From Brevibacterium luteolum (GTDB lineage Bacteria > Actinomycetota > Actinomycetes > Actinomycetales > Brevibacteriaceae), in assembly GCF_013004595.1 (NCBI RefSeq), contig NZ_JABEMC010000007.1:1-64000 (forward strand): a stretch of DNA of 64,000 nt, read 5' to 3'. How positions within the stretch are numbered: the stretch's first letter is position 1; each line of letters begins with the position of its first letter. Shown piece after piece: positions 58,735 through 64,000 of this stretch. Under the pieces are notes generated by a model. That model had not been told where the DNA came from and did not search any database. It saw only the letters and a list, made by a program, of their open reading frames with translations. Position numbers and translations under genes: made by a program.

Positions 58735-60258
58735 TCAGAACAGCGCGGCGGCCTTGATGACCGTCTGCACGAGTCCGTAGAGCAGGCCGGCGCACACGAC
58801 ACCGGCGAGAACCACGGCGATGGTGGCGTGGAAGCCGCCGTTCTGCGCGTTCTCATCGCGCCTGTGCGCACGCGTCTCTTCAGCTGCCACGGCGCCCGGA
58901 CCCGGTCGGCCCTGCGCAGCGGCGACGACCTCCTCGGACTCATGGTGCTTGGCATCAACCGGGCGGACGAGCGCGTTGGCGATGAAGCCGATGGCCAGCA
59001 CGCCGACCATGATGTACAGCGAGAGGCTGTAGAGGTCCTGGCCGGATTTGCCAGCCGCGGCCTGCGACTCGACGACGAGGTTGACGATGAGCGGGCCGGC
59101 CACGCCGGCAGCCGCCCAGGCGGTCAGCAGGCGGCCGTGGATCGCACCGACCTGGTACACGCCGAACAGGTCGCGCAGGTAGGCCGGGATGGTGGCGAAG
59201 CCGCCGCCGTAGAACGACAGGATGATGAGGGTGGCGATGAGGAACAGGAACAGCGATCCGCCGCCGACGACGGCCACCGCGAGGTACAGCAGCAGCCCGA
59301 GGCCGAGGTAGACGATGTAGATGTTCTTGCGCCCGATGTAGTCCGACAGGCTCGACCACACGAAGCGGCCGGCCATGTTCGTCAGCGAGAGCATGCCGAC
59401 GAATCCGGCGGCTGCGGCCGCGGTGATCTGCGGGAAGTAGTCCTGGATCATCGGCGCGGCGTTCTCCAGGATGCCGATGCCGGCGGTGACGTTGGTGAAC
59501 AGCACGATCCACAGCATCCAGAACTGCGGGGTCTTGATCGCCGAGTTCGCCGAGACGTTCTTCGTCGTCTGCAGCGGCTTCTCCTTCACCGTCGTCGGGT
59601 CCCAGCCGGCCGGCTTCCAGTCCGGGTGCGGCACGCGGATGCAGTAGGCGCCGCCGGTGATGACGAGCGCGTAGACGATCGCCAGGGTGATGAACGTGGG
59701 GATGATGCCGTTGACGAGCTGCTCGGGATCGGGCCCGCCGCCGAAGTGAGTCATGAGTGCGTTCGAGGCCGGACTGGCGATGAGCGCACCGCCGCCGAAG
59801 CCCATGATCGCCAGGCCGGTCGCCAGGCCCGGACGGTCGGGGAACCATTTGATGAGCGTCGAGACCGGGGAGATGTAGCCGATGCCCAGGCCGATGCCGC
59901 CGATGAATCCGTAGCCGAGGTAGACGAGCCACAGCTGTCCGGTCGAGATCCCGAAGGTCGCGACGATGAAGCCGCTGACCCAGCACAGTCCGGCCAGCGC
60001 CATCGACTTGCGCGGCCCGGCCTTCTCCACCCAGGTGCCGCCGAAGGCGGCGGAGAGCCCGAGCATGAGGATCGCGAGCGAGAAGATCCAGCCGACGGCC
60101 ACCTCGCGCACGGCGAAGTGGTCCATGAGCGGAGCTTTGAAGACGGAGAAGGCGTACACCTGGCCGATGCACAGGTGGATGGCCAGGGCCGCGGCGGGAA
60201 TGAGCCACCGATTGAACTTGGGAGAAGCGACGATGGCTTCGCGGTCGAGAACACCCAC
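58735..60258 (-). CDS. OFA-family MFS transporter (oxalate/formate antiporter-like) with an extra C-terminal TM segment
   Basis: HLCIGQVYAFSVF, GYISPVSTLIKWFPDRPGLATG, YGGGFATIPAYL, IHGRLLTAW. Confidence 0.92.
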   Translation of the reverse strand: MGVLDREAIVASPKFNRWLIPAAALAIHLCIGQVYAFSVFKAPLMDHFAVREVAVGWIFSLAILMLGLSAAFGGTWVEKAGPRKSMALAGLCWVSGFIVATFGISTGQLWLVYLGYGFIGGIGLGIGYISPVSTLIKWFPDRPGLATGLAIMGFGGGALIASPASNALMTHFGGGPDPEQLVNGIIPTFITLAIVYALVITGGAYCIRVPHPDWKPAGWDPTTVKEKPLQTTKNVSANSAIKTPQFWMLWIVLFTNVTAGIGILENAAPMIQDYFPQITAAAAAGFVGMLSLTNMAGRFVWSSLSDYIGRKNIYIVYLGLGLLLYLAVAVVGGGSLFLFLIATLIILSFYGGGFATIPAYLRDLFGVYQVGAIHGRLLTAWAAAGVAGPLIVNLVVESQAAAGKSGQDLYSLSLYIMVGVLAIGFIANALVRPVDAKHHESEEVVAAAQGRPGPGAVAAEETRAHRRDENAQNGGFHATIAVVLAGVVCAGLLYGLVQTVIKAAALF

Positions 60259-60455
60259 TGAGGAGACCTTTCAGAAGTGGTGGGGCACGCAATCGCCGCT
60301 CGAGAACCACTGCGGTGTGGGAATGTCGCCGGCGCATGCGCTGGGGTAGTGTTTCGACGTTATCCAGCTTCTCGGACGCCGGTCAACAGCGTTCGGTTTC
60401 AATCCGGTGACGGTTCTCACCTGCGCCGCCGGCCCGACTGACCGCGCGCAACGGC

Positions 60456-61286
60456 TCAGTTCTCGATGGCGCGCAGCCGCACTCCCGCCGGGTAGGCGTC
60501 CAAGGCGTCGGGCAGCCCGGCGCGCCGGCCGGACATGTAGGTTGCCAGCACCCGCCCGGTTTCGGTGGCTTCCGGCGCCGAGGCGTCGGTCACCGGGGCG
60601 AGCCCGAGGCGATTGAGGGTCTGGCGGGCGACGGCGTGGGGGGAGTCGAACAGGGCGCTGGTGCCCGGCCGCTGCTGCAGGATCCGGTCGGCGACGAGCC
60701 CGAAGTGCGTGCAGCCGAGCACGATCCCCGAGGCGGCCGGGGGAGTGGCGGCCACGGCGGCGGCGATCGCTTCGTCGATGCGGGCCTCATCGGCGGCATC
60801 GATGGCGTCGGCTAAGCCGTAGCAGGGCACCTGGTGGACGGTGGCATCGGAGGCGAATTCGGCGATGAGCCCCTCCTGATAAGCCGAGCGGGTCGTCGCT
60901 CGTGTCGCCCAGACGGCGAAGTCCTCCCCGGTGGCAGCGGCGGATTTGATCGCCGGCACAGTGCCGATGATCGGGGTGCCGGGCTCGTAGACTTCGCGCA
61001 ACCGCTCCAGGGCGTGGACGGAGGCGGTGTTGCAGGCGACGACGATCGCATCGGGCTGCCAGGGGCTGAGCGCATTGGCCGACTGCAGTGCCCGCTCAGC
61101 CACCACCTCGGGGTCGAGTGACCCGTAGGGCATCCAGTCCGGGTCCATTGCGAGCACAAGGTCGGCGGCCGGGCACTGGTGGTGAAGTGCGTCGGCGTAG
61201 CTGACGAGCCCGAGCCCGGAATCGATGATCCCGATGACCGGGCGGGCGCGCGTTCCGGGACTGGGTGTCATGTCAGGCCTTTCCAT
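60456..61286 (-). CDS. murI: Glutamate racemase family protein
   Basis: DSGLG, MPYG, VACNTAS, LGCTHF. Start uncertain (61286 or 61271). Confidence 0.85.
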   Translation of the reverse strand: MERPDMTPSPGTRARPVIGIIDSGLGLVSYADALHHQCPAADLVLAMDPDWMPYGSLDPEVVAERALQSANALSPWQPDAIVVACNTASVHALERLREVYEPGTPIIGTVPAIKSAAATGEDFAVWATRATTRSAYQEGLIAEFASDATVHQVPCYGLADAIDAADEARIDEAIAAAVAATPPAASGIVLGCTHFGLVADRILQQRPGTSALFDSPHAVARQTLNRLGLAPVTDASAPEATETGRVLATYMSGRRAGLPDALDAYPAGVRLRAIEN

Positions 61287-62013
61287 GGTAGGTCGTGCCG
61301 ATGCCGGCGGGGAAGTCGTTGGTGACCGCGGCGTTGTCGCCGGCGAGGCTGTCGGTGCTCGTCAGGCCGGGTGCCGGCACCTGGACGGCCGCAAGCTCGC
61401 CGGTCGGCTCTGTGGTCAGGAGTGTGCGGCGTGCTGGAGCCGGCACCGCGCGGCGGTAGGTGAAGTTGCGGATGAGGGAGAAGTGGTCTTCGCTCAGCCC
61501 CTGGGAGAACTCGGGGGCGATCATGAGCAGCCGTGAACCGTACTTCTGCTCGAAGTGCGCTCGGGTCTCAGGGGCGGTGAGATCGTCGTCGATCCAGATC
61601 GCGCGGCCCTCCTCGTGCGCGGCGAACCACTCCTCGACGGCGCGGGCTTTCCACCATTCGTGCGGGTCGTTGGCGAACCGGTTGTAGGTGTCATCGGGCA
61701 TCGGGATGACCTCGAAGCTGGAGCGGAATCCGAGCTTCGGCTCGATCTCGGTGCGGCAGCGCTGCGACCACGTCGACAGCCACACGATGTCGACGAGCCG
61801 GCGGCGGGTGAGCCGGTCGAGGAAGCGCACGACCCGCGGCCGGAAGTGCAGTTCGTAATGCCAGGCGCGGACCTTCCGGCGGCGTTCGCGCAGGAACCGC
61901 AGTCCAGTGACGGGGTAGGAATTCAGCACTCCGTCGACGTCGAGGAACAGGGTGACATGACGGGCGGCACGGCGCGCTGAAGCGCCGGTGTCTCGCAGGT
62001 CTTCGGACGTCAC
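61273..62013 (-). CDS. HAD-superfamily protein ('Swiss Army Knife RNA repair-like' type)
   Basis: LFLDVDGVLN, VWLSTW, WWK, IWIDDD; GAGGAGGG RBS. Confidence 0.8.
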   Translation of the reverse strand: MTSEDLRDTGASARRAARHVTLFLDVDGVLNSYPVTGLRFLRERRRKVRAWHYELHFRPRVVRFLDRLTRRRLVDIVWLSTWSQRCRTEIEPKLGFRSSFEVIPMPDDTYNRFANDPHEWWKARAVEEWFAAHEEGRAIWIDDDLTAPETRAHFEQKYGSRLLMIAPEFSQGLSEDHFSLIRNFTYRRAVPAPARRTLLTTEPTGELAAVQVPAPGLTSTDSLAGDNAAVTNDFPAGIGTTYHGKA

Positions 62014-62101
62014 GCCATCTCCCTCCTCACCTATAGCCTAGTTCGGGCCCGGCTGCGAGCGAAGCCCCTGGGTCAGAGGCCGGCTGTGCCATCATTCGGG
62101 T

Positions 62102-63541
62102 ATGACGATTCACGATGCTTCCCTGCACACACTCACCATCGCCGAGGCGGTGGCCGCCTTCCGCACCCAAGATCTCACCCCCACGGCGTACCTGGAGGCA
62201 TGCATCCGGCGCATCGAGGCCCTCGATGACAGCTTCAACGCCGTCATGGACATCATGGCCGAACCTGCCCGCGAGGCCGCAGCCACCGCAACTGAGGCCT
62301 ACCGTGCTGGCGGGCGCGACCTGCCGCCGCTGCTGGGGATCCCGCTGCTCGTCAAGGAGCAGCACGACGTCGCCGGCTGCTCGGCGACCCGCGGGTCGCA
62401 GGCGCTCGCCGGTCGCATCGCGGCTGCCGACCATCCGATCGTCGCCCGGTTGCGGGCTGCTGGAGCGATTCCGTTCGCCCGCACGACCACGCCCGAGATG
62501 TCGTGTGCGACCTTCACGCAGACCCGTGAGTGGGGCATCACCCGCAACCCCTTCAATCCCGAGCGCACCCCCGGCGGATCCTCCGGCGGCTCCGGTGCAG
62601 CGGTCGCGCTCGGCTACGCGCCGCTGGCCACCGCCAGCGATATCGCCGGCTCGACCCGCATTCCGGCGGCGTTTTGCGGGCTGCCCGGGTTCAAGACCCC
62701 TTTCGGCCGCACCCCGGCGACCCCGCCGCTCAACCAGGACTGGTACCGCGGTGATCACATCCTCGCCCGCACCGTCGCCGACACCGCCCTGGCCACCGGC
62801 ATCATCTGCGGTCTCGACCCCACCGACCACGGCACTGTGCCGACGCCGCAGCCCTACCCCGGCGCTGAGCTCACCGGCGACCTCGTCTCAGGCGAGCTCA
62901 CCGGTCTGCGGATCGGCATCAGCCCGGACCTCGGCTGCTACGACGTCGACCCGGATGTCGCCGCCGGCCTGCAGCGTGCCGCTGATGCGCTGGCTGCCGC
63001 GGGTGCGCAGGTCGCCGACATCGACCTCAACCTCAGCCTCGCCGACATCACCGATGCGTCGATGGCCCACTACGGGCACTTCCTGGCCGGCAACATCCGC
63101 CGCATGAGCGACGGACGCACCGAACTGCTCGAACCGTACACGCAGCGCTTCCTCGAACTCACCCAGCGCTGGGCCAGCCGGTTCTCTGTCGTCGACTCCC
63201 TCGTGATCGAGAACCGCATCCAGACCCAGATCGCTGCCGTGCTCTCCGACGTCGACGCGTTCCTGACTCCCACCTCGGCGGTGGCGAGTCTGCCTGTCGA
63301 CGACTTCTTTATGGACGGCCTCGATGGATGCGAGTTCTACTGGCAACGGCACATGACGGTACCGTTCAACATCGCCAACCGGCTGCCGGTCATGGCGATG
63401 CCGACCGGGGTCGCCGCCGACGGCGTGCCGACGAGTGCGCAGGTCGTCGGCCGCGCCTATGACGATGCCACCGTCTTTCGGATCGCCGCCGCACTCGAAG
63501 CCCGGTTGCCGGCCCTCACTCCTGAGGCGTCACCGCGGTGA
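62102..63541 (+). CDS. Amidase-signature family enzyme
   Basis: GIPLLVKE, TRNPF, PGGSSGGSGAA, ASDIAGSTRIPA. Confidence 0.92.
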   Translation: MTIHDASLHTLTIAEAVAAFRTQDLTPTAYLEACIRRIEALDDSFNAVMDIMAEPAREAAATATEAYRAGGRDLPPLLGIPLLVKEQHDVAGCSATRGSQALAGRIAAADHPIVARLRAAGAIPFARTTTPEMSCATFTQTREWGITRNPFNPERTPGGSSGGSGAAVALGYAPLATASDIAGSTRIPAAFCGLPGFKTPFGRTPATPPLNQDWYRGDHILARTVADTALATGIICGLDPTDHGTVPTPQPYPGAELTGDLVSGELTGLRIGISPDLGCYDVDPDVAAGLQRAADALAAAGAQVADIDLNLSLADITDASMAHYGHFLAGNIRRMSDGRTELLEPYTQRFLELTQRWASRFSVVDSLVIENRIQTQIAAVLSDVDAFLTPTSAVASLPVDDFFMDGLDGCEFYWQRHMTVPFNIANRLPVMAMPTGVAADGVPTSAQVVGRAYDDATVFRIAAALEARLPALTPEASPR

Positions 63542-63614
63542 TGTCGGTGACGACCCTGTCGTCGCCGTCCTCTGCGCAGATCGACCTGCCACACCTGCCC
63601 GCTGCTGTTGACAG

Positions 63615-64000
63615 TCAGCAGGGCTGGGCTGACTGCCCGATCGTCGAGATCCGCTCACTCGGCAGCTCCTCCGCTGCGACCCCGGAGCCGTCGGGTGTGA
63701 AGGCGAGGTAGCTGTCGCGCGGGATATCGCGGTCGATCGAGTTCTCGGACACGACGACGCTGAGGGTCCCGTCGCAGTTCGACAGGCTGGTGAACTCTCC
63801 GCACAGCACGTGCCGCTTGAGCTCACCAGGAGCGTTCGTCGCCATCGCCACCGACTCCGGTTCGGGGTGGTCGTAGGTGACGAGCTCGTCTGAGAGCACA
63901 GAGTCGTGCCCGGCATCGGAGTGGAAGATGTGCCCGTCGGCAGAGGCGACCGTGCCGGTCTTGATGCCACCGGTCCGGTGCACCGAACAGGTGCCGTCGG
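63615..64000 (-). CDS. C-terminal part of a hypothetical protein, truncated by the window edge
   Basis: Frame is open to the window end (DGTCSVHRTGG...) with GC-rich third positions. No recognisable motif. Confidence 0.5.
   Translation of the reverse strand, partial: DGTCSVHRTGGIKTGTVASADGHIFHSDAGHDSVLSDELVTYDHPEPESVAMATNAPGELKRHVLCGEFTSLSNCDGTLSVVVSENSIDRDIPRDSYLAFTPDGSGVAAEELPSERISTIGQSAQPC

Noticed and set aside
1488..60337. Long antisense or alternate-frame ORFs (e.g. 1488-2858, 30410-31993, 33595-35592, 34529-36334, 58828-60261) and N-terminal extensions of listed ORFs (14561, 25490, 38429, 40449, 49688)
   Set aside because: These are shadow ORFs typical of high-GC DNA; they overlap well-supported genes and have no motifs.

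Overview
High-GC actinobacterial chromosomal DNA; gene content and style suggest Micrococcales, possibly Brevibacterium-like (inference). From left to right: three nested IS fragments abutting a tRNA-Ala(CGC); an FMN alpha-hydroxy-acid oxidase, a P-type ATPase, an SDR and a SWIM-SNF2 helicase; a peptide ABC operon flanked by two D-aminoacylases; an accessory islet (hipBA with three phased operators, an orphan Panacea/SocA-like protein, a secreted C39-like peptidase); lldR-lldP/lutABC; and a hut pathway split by a 7-gene GTP-cyclohydrolase-II/PTPS/glycosyltransferase/CDP-alcohol-transferase cluster of unknown product. The right part holds Moco biosynthesis plus fdhD, a nadQ-nadA-nadC unit with a perfect NadQ-type box and no nadB, a low-GC NYN/LabA nuclease gene, an OFA MFS transporter, a glutamate racemase, a HAD protein and an amidase. 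The two best candidates for an undescribed system are (1) the NYN nuclease preceded by promoter-hairpin RNA-U-tract, a possible RNA-antitoxin TA or defence module, and (2) the GTP-derived pterin/pyrimidine glycolipid cluster. All calls come from motif recognition by eye; no database searches were run.
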